Origin: Planctomycetota bacterium
GTDB lineage: Bacteria; Planctomycetota; UBA1135; UBA2386
Length of the DNA: 64,000 nt
Direction: 5' to 3'
NCBI GenBank assembly: GCA_965223545.1
Contig: OZ245006.1
Span: forward strand, 512,001-576,000
Shown: positions 19,070 to 28,994 of the stretch, in pieces
How the letters are laid out: the number at the start of each line of letters is the position of its first letter
How positions within the stretch are numbered: the stretch's first letter is position 1
The notes under the pieces: model-generated
Database searches by the model: none
What the model saw: only the letters and a program-made list of their open reading frames with translations
What the model was told of the DNA's origin: nothing
Translations under genes and position numbers: made by a program

Positions 19070-21427
19070 ATGCACGATCTGAATCCCCTTCGGTATCCCG
19101 CCCACTTGCTCGCGGTCTGTGGCGTCGTGAGCGCGGCGTTCGGCCAAAGTCTCCCCAACGGCGGCTCGATCCAAGCCGCGATCAGCGTCGCCGGGGAGAC
19201 CGACACGTACACTTTCTCGGCGAGCGCCGGCCAAAGCTTCCGTATCCGCGTCGCCGACATCGCCGGCTCCCCGCTGCGGCCGACGCTCAGCGTGCTCGAC
19301 CCAGCGGGGATCCTCGTCGGCAGGAGCAACTCGCCCGACGTAGCCAACGTCGCCGCCACTGCTGCAGTGACCGGAACGTTTACGGCCGTAGTATCCGACG
19401 GCAACACGCAGAGTCAGACGGGTAGCTACGAGATCTTCTACGCGCGCGCGCCCGGCGCCAACGAGGGGGGCCTCCTGCCCAATGGCGGCTCGGTCACGGG
19501 CACGATTCGCCGTGGCGACCTCGACTCGTTCACTTTCGCCGCACAGGCCGGGCAGAGCTTCCACCTGCGGCTCGCGGATCTCGGCGCCACCGCCTTGCGC
19601 CCGATGTTCACGGTCCACGATCCGTCGGGCGCGGTCGTCGCCGGCGACAATGCACCCTCCGTCGCCTCGGTCGTCGCTACCGCGCAGGCCAACGGGACCT
19701 ACACCGTGATCCTGGGCGACGGGAACACCAATCCCGCGGCGACCGGCAGCTATCGGCTCTACTACGCCCTCGCCCCCGGCGCGAACCAGGGCGGCGCGCT
19801 GCCGAACGGCAGCTCGGTCACGGGGCGGATCGACCTGGGTGACCTCGATACTTTCACGTTCGCTGCGGTGGCCGGCGAGACGGTCTCGCTGCGACTCGCC
19901 GATCTCGGCCGCGGCGCGCTGCGCCCCACGCTGACCCTGTACGACGCCTCGGGCGCGAGCGTCGGCGGCGACAACGCCGTCACGGTCGCGGCGATCACTC
20001 GGACGGCACCGAGCACCGGTACCTACACCGTCGTGGTCCGCGATGGCAACACCGAACCCACCGGCACGGGCGACTACGAGCTTCACTTCGTCAGGGTGCC
20101 GGGTGCCAACGAAGGCGGCGCTCTGCAGAGTGGCAGCAACGTCCTGGGAACCGTGAGCCTCGGTGACCTGGACACGTTTACCCTGAGTGCTACGGCCGGC
20201 GAGGTGCTCGTCCTGCGCGTCGCCGACTTGGGGGCGACGGCCCTCCGACCGACGATCACCCTGTACGACCCGACGGGCGCCAGCGTCGGTGGCGACAACA
20301 ATCCCTCGGTCGCCGCCCTGTCCAAGGTCGCGGCGGTCAGCGGCACCTACACCGTCCTGATCCGCGACGGCAACACCGAGCCCAACGGCACCGGGTCCTA
20401 CCAGCTGGCGTTCCTGGCGACGACCGGCGCCGTGAGCGGCGGCACGCTGCCAAACGGCGGCGCGGTGACCGGCAGCCTCGGCCTGGGTGAGCTCTTGTCG
20501 TTCAGCTTCAACGCCAACGCCGGTGAGTCGGTGCAGCTGCGGGCTGCCGACCTGGGGGCGACCGGGATGCGACCGACGCTCGTGCTCTACAGCCCGATGG
20601 GCACTGCGCTGGCTTCCTCCAACAACCCGCTCGTCGCTGCGATCCGCAGCTCCACTCCGCTCAGCGGCCGCTACACGGTCTTGTTGGCGGACGGCAACAC
20701 GACGCCGAACGGGACCGGCGCGTTCAAGCTGCACTTCACGCTGGCACCCGGCGCCAACGAGGGCGGCGCCCTGATCGACGGCGTCACGACGTACGAAGCG
20801 ATCGAGCGCGGCGACCTCGACTCCTATCAGTTTGCAGCGACGGCGGGAGATCCTGTCGCCATCACGTTCACCGACCTGCAAGCCGGCGCGCTGCGCCCGG
20901 CGATGAACCTGTACGACCCGACCGGAGCGCGGATCGCGGGAACCAACGCGACCACCGCGGCCAGCATCAGCCAGACGCTAGCACTCACGGGCGCGTACAC
21001 CCTCGTGGTCTTCGACGGCAACACGACTCCTTCGGCGACCGGTCCCTACAGCCTGGTGCTCGACAACGCGAACGCGACCCTCGCCGCCGGTTGCCCGGGC
21101 GAACCCCCGCCCACGCTGCAAGGGACTCCGTCGGTGTCGACCGGCTTCGCAGTCCAGCCCCCGGCGCTCACGACGCCGTGCACCGGTCCTGCCGTTCTGG
21201 TGTTCGGCGCCTGCGCGCCGGCGCCCCTACCGTTGGCGGCAGGCACGTTCTGCACCGGGCCGTGTGGACTCGGCGTGTTTCCGGTCGGAGGAGCGGTCGC
21301 GGGGCCCCTCGCGGTGCCGCCGCTGCCGGCCTCGGTGGTTGGCCTCTCGTTGTGCGTGCAATCTGTGTGCGCAGTCGGCCCCTGCCTCGGGCTGTCCTCC
21401 GCCGCGCGGATCGTGGCAGTGCCGTAG
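19070..21427 (+). CDS. Secreted protein with six tandem PPC-like (~107 aa) beta-sandwich repeats and shared C-terminal domain
   Basis: Signal peptide (..AFG|Q); six repeats of GDLD.FTF...G....LR.ADLG...LRP...LYDP.G...GTYTV...DGNT. Confidence 0.88.
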   Translation: MHDLNPLRYPAHLLAVCGVVSAAFGQSLPNGGSIQAAISVAGETDTYTFSASAGQSFRIRVADIAGSPLRPTLSVLDPAGILVGRSNSPDVANVAATAAVTGTFTAVVSDGNTQSQTGSYEIFYARAPGANEGGLLPNGGSVTGTIRRGDLDSFTFAAQAGQSFHLRLADLGATALRPMFTVHDPSGAVVAGDNAPSVASVVATAQANGTYTVILGDGNTNPAATGSYRLYYALAPGANQGGALPNGSSVTGRIDLGDLDTFTFAAVAGETVSLRLADLGRGALRPTLTLYDASGASVGGDNAVTVAAITRTAPSTGTYTVVVRDGNTEPTGTGDYELHFVRVPGANEGGALQSGSNVLGTVSLGDLDTFTLSATAGEVLVLRVADLGATALRPTITLYDPTGASVGGDNNPSVAALSKVAAVSGTYTVLIRDGNTEPNGTGSYQLAFLATTGAVSGGTLPNGGAVTGSLGLGELLSFSFNANAGESVQLRAADLGATGMRPTLVLYSPMGTALASSNNPLVAAIRSSTPLSGRYTVLLADGNTTPNGTGAFKLHFTLAPGANEGGALIDGVTTYEAIERGDLDSYQFAATAGDPVAITFTDLQAGALRPAMNLYDPTGARIAGTNATTAASISQTLALTGAYTLVVFDGNTTPSATGPYSLVLDNANATLAAGCPGEPPPTLQGTPSVSTGFAVQPPALTTPCTGPAVLVFGACAPAPLPLAAGTFCTGPCGLGVFPVGGAVAGPLAVPPLPASVVGLSLCVQSVCAVGPCLGLSSAARIVAVP

Positions 21428-21509
21428 CCGGGCCAGCTCGATTCGGGGAAGGATTGGCGAGTCCTCGGCGGCGACCGCGGCAACTCGATCGCGCTTCCAG
21501 CGAATCCCG

Positions 21510-22700
21510 ATGCTCCGACCCAACCATCTCGCCGCCTCCTCCGCTCTCCTCGTCGCCTGCGCACCCGGCCAGGGGCCGACTCCAACCGCGCCACCCGCCG
21601 ATGCTCTCCAGTCGATCGCGACTGCGGCAGTCGCCCGCGGCTACCCAGGGATCGTGCTGGCGGGCAGCATCGCCGGCGGCCCGCTCTACACCGCGGCCGC
21701 GGGAGTCGAGGACCGCGCCCGCGACACGCCGATGACCGCCACCTCGCTGTTCCACGGCGCCAGCACCACGAAGATCTTCACCGCGGCCGCCGCGCTGTTG
21801 CTGGTGGAGCGGGAGCAGCTGCGGCTGGACGCGCCGGTCACCGAGTACGTCGCCGCCGAGATCTGTGACGGAATCCCGCACATCGACCGGATCACCGTGC
21901 GCCACCTCTTGCTGCACCGCAGCGGGATGTACTCCCCGCAAAAGGACCCTCGCTTCTTCGCCAAGTTTGGCCACCAGTTCGGACCGGACGGCGAGCACCG
22001 CGGCTTTCGCACGCCGCCCGACCTCATGCGCACCGCCGCGGACCCAGACAACCCGCCGCTGTTCGAGCCGGGACAGGGACAGAACTACAACGCCCTCAAC
22101 TACGTGATGCTCGAGCTCGTCCTCGAGGCGGCGAGCGATGAGGCATTGCCCGCGCTGGTCCGGCGGTTGATCCTCGAGCCGCTGGGCTTGGAGTCGACCT
22201 ACTACCTGTCGACCGATCGGGGGCGGCCGCGCGCCCGCGGCTACACGGTCGACTCGCCGCGCATCCGCCAGATGGGGCTCCACCCGTCGCTGCGGCCCGA
22301 CGCCGACGGCTTCGTCGACACCACCGACTACCAGGACGAGAGCAACGGCGGCTCCGGCATCATCGTCAGCATGCCCGACCAGGTCCGGTTTGCCCGCGCC
22401 GCGGTGGACGGCACGCTGCTCTCGGACGCGTCGACGGCGCTCCTGCTCGCGGTGCTCGAGAAAGCGGAGTCCGGCAAAGGCGGCATGCAGCTCGGCATCC
22501 TGCGCGCCACCAAGACGCCGGACGGCGTGATCGCCTTGGCGCTCGGCAACGGCTTCGGCACGCACGCCGTCTGGGCCTACCACCCGGAATCCAGCGCGAT
22601 CGTCGCGGTCGGGATCAATCAGTACGGCCGCTGGACCGAGCCCAACGACATCTTGGGCACGATCGTGCCCCAGGCACTGCGGGCCGTGCGGAAGCCGTAG
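21510..22700 (+). CDS. Serine hydrolase (beta-lactamase/D-Ala-D-Ala peptidase family), lipoprotein
   Basis: Lipobox LLVAC; SxxK (ASTTK), LLLHRSG, YNALNY, ILEPLGL. Confidence 0.88.
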   Translation: MLRPNHLAASSALLVACAPGQGPTPTAPPADALQSIATAAVARGYPGIVLAGSIAGGPLYTAAAGVEDRARDTPMTATSLFHGASTTKIFTAAAALLLVEREQLRLDAPVTEYVAAEICDGIPHIDRITVRHLLLHRSGMYSPQKDPRFFAKFGHQFGPDGEHRGFRTPPDLMRTAADPDNPPLFEPGQGQNYNALNYVMLELVLEAASDEALPALVRRLILEPLGLESTYYLSTDRGRPRARGYTVDSPRIRQMGLHPSLRPDADGFVDTTDYQDESNGGSGIIVSMPDQVRFARAAVDGTLLSDASTALLLAVLEKAESGKGGMQLGILRATKTPDGVIALALGNGFGTHAVWAYHPESSAIVAVGINQYGRWTEPNDILGTIVPQALRAVRKP

Positions 22701-22816
22701 AGCCGCGGGAGGACGCCAAAAAGATCCGAGCGGGCCTGTTGCACCCCGCGTCGCGCGGCACTGGCAAGGGCAAGAACGCCGCAGATTGGCGTTTGCCCAA
22801 GAATCCCCGCGAAACG

Positions 22817-25168
22817 ATGCGACAAGCCCTTCATCACCCCCTCTCGTTGGCACTCGCCGCGGCTCTCGTGCCGGGCAATCTCTGCGCGCAGTCCGAAGCT
22901 CAGCCGAGTCCTCGGGATGTCCATGCGGCGGTGGTCAACGCGTCCCACCGAGTGCCGATCCACACCCAGCCGGACGATCCGATCGGCGGCGCCTACGGCA
23001 CCTGGACGTCGCGGCAGAGCTACAAGGCCAGCTTCCACGGCGATCCGACGTTCATTCCCGTGCTGGGCAAGGAGCACCCGCACAATCTCGAGTTCCGCTG
23101 GCGGACCACGTCGGTGCGCCGCGGTGAGGAAGAGCTACTCGAGCCCGGGAAGCGACCGGTGCGCAGCTACACGGACGACCGGTACGAGTACCGCTACGGG
23201 CGCGTCACCGAGGCGTACGACGTGCTGGACGACGGCCTCGAGCAGACCTTCGTCCTCGAGACTCCTCCCGGCGGCACGGGCGACCTCGTCGTCACCGGCC
23301 AGATCTCGACTCCGCTGGTCGGCACCGACCGCGCTCCCGCGCACGGTGCGATCGCGTTTGCCGACGCGAGCGGTGCGGAGATCGTGCGCTACGGCGCCGC
23401 CTTCGCCCTGGATGCGGACGGCGTCAAGCTGGACTTGGAGACGGCGCTCGCGGGAACCGAGATTCGCCTCGTCGTGCCCGACCGCATTCTGCGAGAGGCG
23501 CGCTACCCGCTGATCTTGGACCCGCTGATCAGCAGCACGGTCCTTCAGTCCAGCAGCACGGCGTCGTACTTCGACACCGACATCGGCTTCGACCGGGACA
23601 ACAACGAGTACCTGCTGGTGTACTCCCGCTGGGTCTCGGGCAGCGACTACGACCTGTTTGCGTGGATTCACCACCGGTCGTTCCTGACACCCGGCTCGGT
23701 GGTCTTTGCCGACGTGACGTCGAGCTGGTCGTCGTCCGAGGGCTGCGTGGCGAGCGTCGATCAGCCCCGCAAGTACGTGTTCGCGCTGACCCGCGATTTC
23801 GGCGTGTCCGGTGCCGCGATTCGGTATCGCGTCCACCAGGGTGGCGACCGCACGCTCCACACCACCGTCAACTTCATCGATCCGCCCTCCGGCATCACCG
23901 ACCACCACCCGGACGTCGGGGGCTCGCTTTGGGCCCGGGGGTTCTCGCGCGCCATGATCGTGCTGCAGCGCACCAACTTGCCCATCGTGACCGGGCAGAC
24001 GAGTCAGGTCATGGCGGTCCCCATCGACACGGCCACCACGCTGCCCACCCAGAGTCCGGAGTTCGCGGTGCAGCCGATCCCCGGCGCACCCTTCACCTTT
24101 CCGATCACCGCACGGCCGGCGATCAACAAGGTCGGCTCCTTCAGCCGAACCGGCGGCACGTGGGTGGTCGCCATGCAGCAGACCTACCTCGGATCGATCG
24201 CGCCGCAGCGCTGGGCGATCGCGGCCCGGCAGATCCACAGCGATGGAACGCAGAGTCCGAACGCCTGGCAGCTGCCGGCGACGTCGGGCACGCCGGAGCA
24301 CACGATGGGCCCGAAGATCGCGGGCTTCGGCAATCGCGGCGCCTACGGCCACTACGGGGTGGTCTACACCGCGACCCCCGACAGTGGCGCACTGCCGGGT
24401 CAGCCGTGGGGCCGCCGGGTCATGTTTGCCCGTTTCGATTGGGTGGATGGTGGCGCGATCCAGCAACAGAACGTGCGCCAGATCGACTCCACCACCACCG
24501 GTTCGTTCGTGGTCGGCGATTGCAGCTACGACCGCAGGACCACCTCGCACTGGGCCATCACGTACTCGGGGCCGGCCGGCAACTCCGTCAACCGCTTGGG
24601 CAACTGGGGCCATGTCCTGGAGAGTCACTCCTACGGCTCCCCGGGGACGTTCCTCGAGCAGTACAACCCCGGCGGCATCGTCTGGGAAGACAACGGACAG
24701 TTCATCTCGACCTGGTCGAAGAGCGGCGCCAACGGCGGTGAGTTCGTCGTCTACAAGCAGACCTACCGCATGCCGCAGGCGCCGGTCCTCGCCGGCACCG
24801 GCTGCTCGACCGCAACCCTCGAGTGGAGCACGGCGTACGGAGGGCGTGGGCCGTGGACCGATCAGCAGATCGGCCACGGCCGCACGCAAGTCGAGCTCAC
24901 CGGGGCCCCTCCCGGAGCCCTCGCCATCCTCCTCCTGTCGCTGTCCCCTCCGATCCAGCTTCCCCTCAGCGGCTCCGGCATCGCCCAGGGCTGCAACCTG
25001 CTGCTCAGCTCCTACGTCGTGATCCCCGGCCCCACGGCGCCGGGGGTCTGGCCGTTTCCGTTGCCCGGCAACTATCCTGAAGCGACCTACAGGTTCCAGG
25101 CCTGGCACACGGACGGTGTGGGGTTGATCCGCGGGACGCAACGCCTCGAGGTCGAGCTCCTCCGCTGA
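22817..25168 (+). CDS. Large secreted hypothetical protein with shared C-terminal domain
   Basis: Signal peptide (..LCA|Q), GLEQTFVL...YG.A.A.DADG...YPLILDP N-terminal domain, GTGC...FQAW...TQRLEVEL C-terminus. Confidence 0.85.
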   Translation: MRQALHHPLSLALAAALVPGNLCAQSEAQPSPRDVHAAVVNASHRVPIHTQPDDPIGGAYGTWTSRQSYKASFHGDPTFIPVLGKEHPHNLEFRWRTTSVRRGEEELLEPGKRPVRSYTDDRYEYRYGRVTEAYDVLDDGLEQTFVLETPPGGTGDLVVTGQISTPLVGTDRAPAHGAIAFADASGAEIVRYGAAFALDADGVKLDLETALAGTEIRLVVPDRILREARYPLILDPLISSTVLQSSSTASYFDTDIGFDRDNNEYLLVYSRWVSGSDYDLFAWIHHRSFLTPGSVVFADVTSSWSSSEGCVASVDQPRKYVFALTRDFGVSGAAIRYRVHQGGDRTLHTTVNFIDPPSGITDHHPDVGGSLWARGFSRAMIVLQRTNLPIVTGQTSQVMAVPIDTATTLPTQSPEFAVQPIPGAPFTFPITARPAINKVGSFSRTGGTWVVAMQQTYLGSIAPQRWAIAARQIHSDGTQSPNAWQLPATSGTPEHTMGPKIAGFGNRGAYGHYGVVYTATPDSGALPGQPWGRRVMFARFDWVDGGAIQQQNVRQIDSTTTGSFVVGDCSYDRRTTSHWAITYSGPAGNSVNRLGNWGHVLESHSYGSPGTFLEQYNPGGIVWEDNGQFISTWSKSGANGGEFVVYKQTYRMPQAPVLAGTGCSTATLEWSTAYGGRGPWTDQQIGHGRTQVELTGAPPGALAILLLSLSPPIQLPLSGSGIAQGCNLLLSSYVVIPGPTAPGVWPFPLPGNYPEATYRFQAWHTDGVGLIRGTQRLEVELLR

Positions 25169-25513
25169 CGATGCGGCGAGGCCGACGAAAGCGGGCATGG
25201 CTCGCTTCCGATCCGCCACAGTGAGCGGACGCGAGAATCCGCGCAGCGCTCCGGTGGCGCCCGGCAAGTTGAGCCTCAGGGTCCGCAAGTCTTCGCGCGG
25301 CGACAACCTTTCGGAAGGCTCGATGCCGCTAGAACGTCGACAACGCAGCTCCCGGAGGCTCGAAGACAACACTGGCCTCTGGGCTCAGGGCGGCCGCCGG
25401 CGACCGCCGGACCCGCGACCGACGCTCGGGTCGCGGAATGCTCCGTGTTTGATACCGTTGCGGCCTCGGCCGCGCTGAGGCGTCTGTCTCAGTCTTGCCT
25501 CGCGAGTCCTCCC

Positions 25514-26251
25514 ATGGCTATTGCGCTTCGCTCTGCGTTCGCTCTCACCGCCTTCGTCGTCTCCGCTCCACTCCATGCTCAGGCCTGCGGCACGACGATC
25601 CGTGCCACGGCGTCCGGCACGTGGAACGCGAGCAGCTCGCCCTACTGCGTGGTCGAGGACACCGACGTCGGAGATCTGGTGATCGAGGCTGGTGTCCAGG
25701 TGATCGCCAGCCCTGGCGTCGTGATCCTGGTCTCCGGCACCCTCGACGTGCGCGGAACCGGGAGCAATCCCGTGCAGTTCGCCGCGGCGAACCCCAGCCT
25801 CGGGTGGCGAGGGCTCCACCTGCGAAACGCGCCGCCGGCCATCCTGCGGCACGCGCGAATCCAGGATGCAACCGAAAGCGGAATCCGAGCCGAGGAGACG
25901 AGCTTGGTCCTGAACTCCTGCGGGGTGATCGACTGCAAGAGCCCGGCGCGCGGCGGTGGAGTCCACGCAACGGGAAACGCACATGACCTCACGATCGTCG
26001 ATTCTACGATCGCGCGGAACGACGCGCAGCTCTCCGGTGGCGGGCTGTACGCCAGTCTCGGGCGCGGCGTGCTGACCGTCGAAGGTACCGATTTGCTCGA
26101 CAACACGGCCAACGACAACTTGGCCGCCGCCAACATCCGCGGCGGCGGCGCGTACGTGCTCGGCACCGACCGCGCGGTCTTTAGGCGGTGCGAGGTGCGA
26201 AATAACAGCTGCTACACAGAATCTGCCGCGCCACCTACGGATCGTTTCTGA
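25514..26251 (+). CDS. Secreted right-handed beta-helix (Pmp-like GGG repeat) protein, probably 3'-truncated at the island edge
   Basis: Signal peptide (..LHA|Q), SPY.V...V..GT...PV.F...W.GL motif, GGGVHA/GGGLYA/GGGAYV repeats; ends abruptly as composition shifts. Confidence 0.7.
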   Translation: MAIALRSAFALTAFVVSAPLHAQACGTTIRATASGTWNASSSPYCVVEDTDVGDLVIEAGVQVIASPGVVILVSGTLDVRGTGSNPVQFAAANPSLGWRGLHLRNAPPAILRHARIQDATESGIRAEETSLVLNSCGVIDCKSPARGGGVHATGNAHDLTIVDSTIARNDAQLSGGGLYASLGRGVLTVEGTDLLDNTANDNLAAANIRGGGAYVLGTDRAVFRRCEVRNNSCYTESAAPPTDRF

Positions 26252-26293
26252 TCGCCCAGGGCTTCGAACTCCCAGAAGTGTCGCGCTTTCTTG

Positions 26294-27845
26294 GGGTGTG
26301 AGTTCGTTTGCACGTGACGATCACGCGGCATCCCGGCACTCCAGGTAGGTAGTCCAGAAGACGTCCCAGCGTTCGGACAGGACGTGAGTCCGGAGGTTCA
26401 GAACGAGCTGACCGCCTTCGCGAGTCCAACGCATTCCGCTGCGCTTGATCCTCGCGCCGACCACCGTTTTGCAAGCTGCCTCAACTGGACCGCTTCCGAT
26501 CGGTAGTCCTCGCGCACGGAAGCCCGCATAGTCCATCAGCGCCAGGTTGCGGCGGAAGTACTTGATGACTCGCCCAACGACCTTGTAGCGCTCGGTTCCC
26601 TTCCTCAGCTTCAGCTTCGACCGGTAGTACAGCATCGAGCGAATCGCTGCGGCGGCACCTCCGGCGGTGTCACGTAGCCGCTCGTAGTTCCTGTCGTACC
26701 ATCGCCGACCGGGCACGCTCTTCTTGCCGAACAGCGCCTCGGCCGCCTTCGAGAGGTGCTCGGTCGCGTGGTAGAAGTCGAGGATGAGCGTGGCCATGAG
26801 AAAGGACTGGAGCTTCTCGGCTCCGGTCCAGATGGAGGGCTTGCCATCGCAAAGGAAGACGATCTCGCGTAGTTGCCGGTTCTTCAGCAACGGTCCCACG
26901 ATGCCGTTCTGCTGCTCGAGGAGCCGCGTCATCCCGGACTCGGGCATCCTGGCGAGGTACCTCGTATCGAGGCGAACAGGCTTGTTGTCTTCGTTTCGGG
27001 AGTAGATCGAGATGCTCGCGACACCGGCCTCCTTCCACGCTGTCGGCGTCATGTCGTCCTCGCCGTCCCGAATCCCGGGGCGTTCGGGCTTGCGCCCGGT
27101 CTTCGTGCCCTTCTCCCGGAGCGGAACGGTGACGCCACCCCAGCTCTGCACGAGCACGTCGCCCTGCGTGCTCAGCGGCGCCTGCTTGCGCATCGCCGAC
27201 TCGATCTCCTTCTCCGCTCGTTCAGCAAACGCACCGACGTACTGAACCACGTGCTGGATGGCGGTCGCAGACGGACGGTGTGGCAACATCTTGCCGAGCA
27301 GCGTCTCGACTTCTCGCGGAACGAGGTGGGCAGCCGAGAACGCACACAGCTCCTCGACGTCGGGAGTCATCGGCCGGCCGACCATGCCGCACCGCACGTC
27401 GAGTGGCACAACGCCGTCGCCGCCGCGATCCGGCTGGAAGTACCGGCGCGGCACCTCGGCAAGTCCGAACGGCGTGATCCACTGCTTCTTGGACTCCACC
27501 TTGAACCGGTGCTGCTGACCGCCGTGCTCGACGGTGTTCTCCGTCTCCTCGTGCCTGAGCAGAATCTCCACGAACGCCTGGAGAGCGGCGCTGTTGATCA
27601 CGGCCTTCAAGTCGCCGATGAACGCCACGAAGGTCGAAGGCGTGAGGCCCGCGCCATCAAGGTCCCGTACCAAATCCGTGAGTCCGGTGCGGAACTGCCG
27701 CACGACGTCGTCTATCATGCGCATCGCGAGGTCCCTCCCTGCGTTGTGCTAACCGTTGGTCTGTCAAACCGCTTAGCGCATCGTAAGGGAGGGCGTCGCG
27801 TAATCGGGCCCGGGTACAACTCCGCGTTAATCCGAACTCACACCC
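26294..27845 (-). mobile_element. ISKra4-family insertion sequence
   Basis: 13-bp perfect terminal IR GGGTGTGAGTTCG; 8-bp target duplication CTTTCTTG at 26286-26293 and 27846-27853. Confidence 0.9.
26321..27724 (-). CDS. ISKra4-family transposase
   Basis: CDG, LDFYHATEHL, GLPIGSGPVEAACKTVV..R.KRSGMRWT motifs. Confidence 0.9.
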   Translation of the reverse strand: MRMIDDVVRQFRTGLTDLVRDLDGAGLTPSTFVAFIGDLKAVINSAALQAFVEILLRHEETENTVEHGGQQHRFKVESKKQWITPFGLAEVPRRYFQPDRGGDGVVPLDVRCGMVGRPMTPDVEELCAFSAAHLVPREVETLLGKMLPHRPSATAIQHVVQYVGAFAERAEKEIESAMRKQAPLSTQGDVLVQSWGGVTVPLREKGTKTGRKPERPGIRDGEDDMTPTAWKEAGVASISIYSRNEDNKPVRLDTRYLARMPESGMTRLLEQQNGIVGPLLKNRQLREIVFLCDGKPSIWTGAEKLQSFLMATLILDFYHATEHLSKAAEALFGKKSVPGRRWYDRNYERLRDTAGGAAAAIRSMLYYRSKLKLRKGTERYKVVGRVIKYFRRNLALMDYAGFRARGLPIGSGPVEAACKTVVGARIKRSGMRWTREGGQLVLNLRTHVLSERWDVFWTTYLECRDAA

Positions 27846-27992
27846 CTTTCTTGGCCACTCGTCAGTGTCGATCACCGAAGGCTGGTATTACGGTCTCCGA
27901 CCGTCGCGCTACGCAAGTCGCGTAGATGCAGCGTTCTTGAACGGCTACCTGTAGGCTCACCGCGAGCTTGACAACCCCAAAGGCAGGCACTC

Positions 27993-28733
27993 ATGACGGC
28001 TGAAACCTGGTGGCTCCCCAAGAACAGCAAGGCGAAGGACTGGCCGATCTGGCGCTACATGGATCTAGCGAAGTATCTCGAGCTGCTTCGCTCGGGCAGC
28101 CTCTGGCTAACGCGTTGCGACCGGTTCGAAGATCCGTGCGAAGGCAGATACAACAAACCTACGGTCGAAGCCATGGTCGCAGACTTCTCTCACATAACAC
28201 CAGACAAAGGCCAAGGCATGCGACAGATGAGCAAGCGGTGCGAAGAGGATCGCGAATCAACCTACATCAACTGTTGGCATTGCAGTTCGTATGAGTCTCT
28301 TGCCATGTGGAGGCTCTACGCTCAGAACTATTACTGCATCGCGATACAATCGACGTTCGACAAGCTCAGGTCCGCACTTCCCGATTGGACCGCGATCACC
28401 TTCGTCCAATACGTGGACTGGGAGAAACAGGCGTTCTCCGACTGCCAGCTGTCGCAGTGCTTGTTTCGGAGCAAGCGATTGGAGTTCGTCCACGAGCGAG
28501 AAGTGCGCGCAATCTACATGAGTGCTCTGCACAGGCCCAAGGGGGGGCCTGTTGTTGCCGAACACCCCCACGGGCTGCCAGTCGAGGTTCCCCTACCCGA
28601 CCTGGTTGACTCTGTTTGGTTGGGGCCAAAGACACCGGAGTTCGTGCGGCTTGCCGTGACAGCCACCACGGAAGCGCTCGGATACGACTGGGCCGTGACA
28701 ACCTCCTCCCTGTTGGACGAACCCAGCCCGTGA
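27993..28733 (+). CDS. DUF2971-like hypothetical protein
   Basis: IWRYMD...L.L...D.FEDP.EG...YINCWH...ESLAMWRLY...IAIQST...KR.EF.HEREVR pattern; AT-richer than the flanks. Confidence 0.7.
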   Translation: MTAETWWLPKNSKAKDWPIWRYMDLAKYLELLRSGSLWLTRCDRFEDPCEGRYNKPTVEAMVADFSHITPDKGQGMRQMSKRCEEDRESTYINCWHCSSYESLAMWRLYAQNYYCIAIQSTFDKLRSALPDWTAITFVQYVDWEKQAFSDCQLSQCLFRSKRLEFVHEREVRAIYMSALHRPKGGPVVAEHPHGLPVEVPLPDLVDSVWLGPKTPEFVRLAVTATTEALGYDWAVTTSSLLDEPSP

Positions 28734-28994
28734 AGCAACTTCGAGCCCCGCCGACCGAATGATTTACGCCGACTGTCGGGCCTGATCGTTCAAGGACGCA
28801 ACCCGCTTTGCAACCCTAGTGTTGCGCCTTGGCCGAGCCAAGACAAGTTCGCCAGCGGCCGGCAGATCGTCTGGTGAGCCCGCAATCAGGCCAGCTCGCT
28901 GCAACCCACGTAGGTAGCAGCGGATCGTGTCCCGGCCGTAAGCGTCCGGTGACGCCATGGCGGCCAGCGGTTGAAGAGCGACCGCCGACGCGTC

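Noticed and set aside
475..25372. Many long antisense or alternate-frame ORFs (e.g. 475-2109, 9980-11989, 18869-20881, 23135-25372)
   Set aside because: Shadow ORFs typical of high-GC DNA; they overlap genes with clear motifs and are Arg/Gly/Pro-rich without motifs
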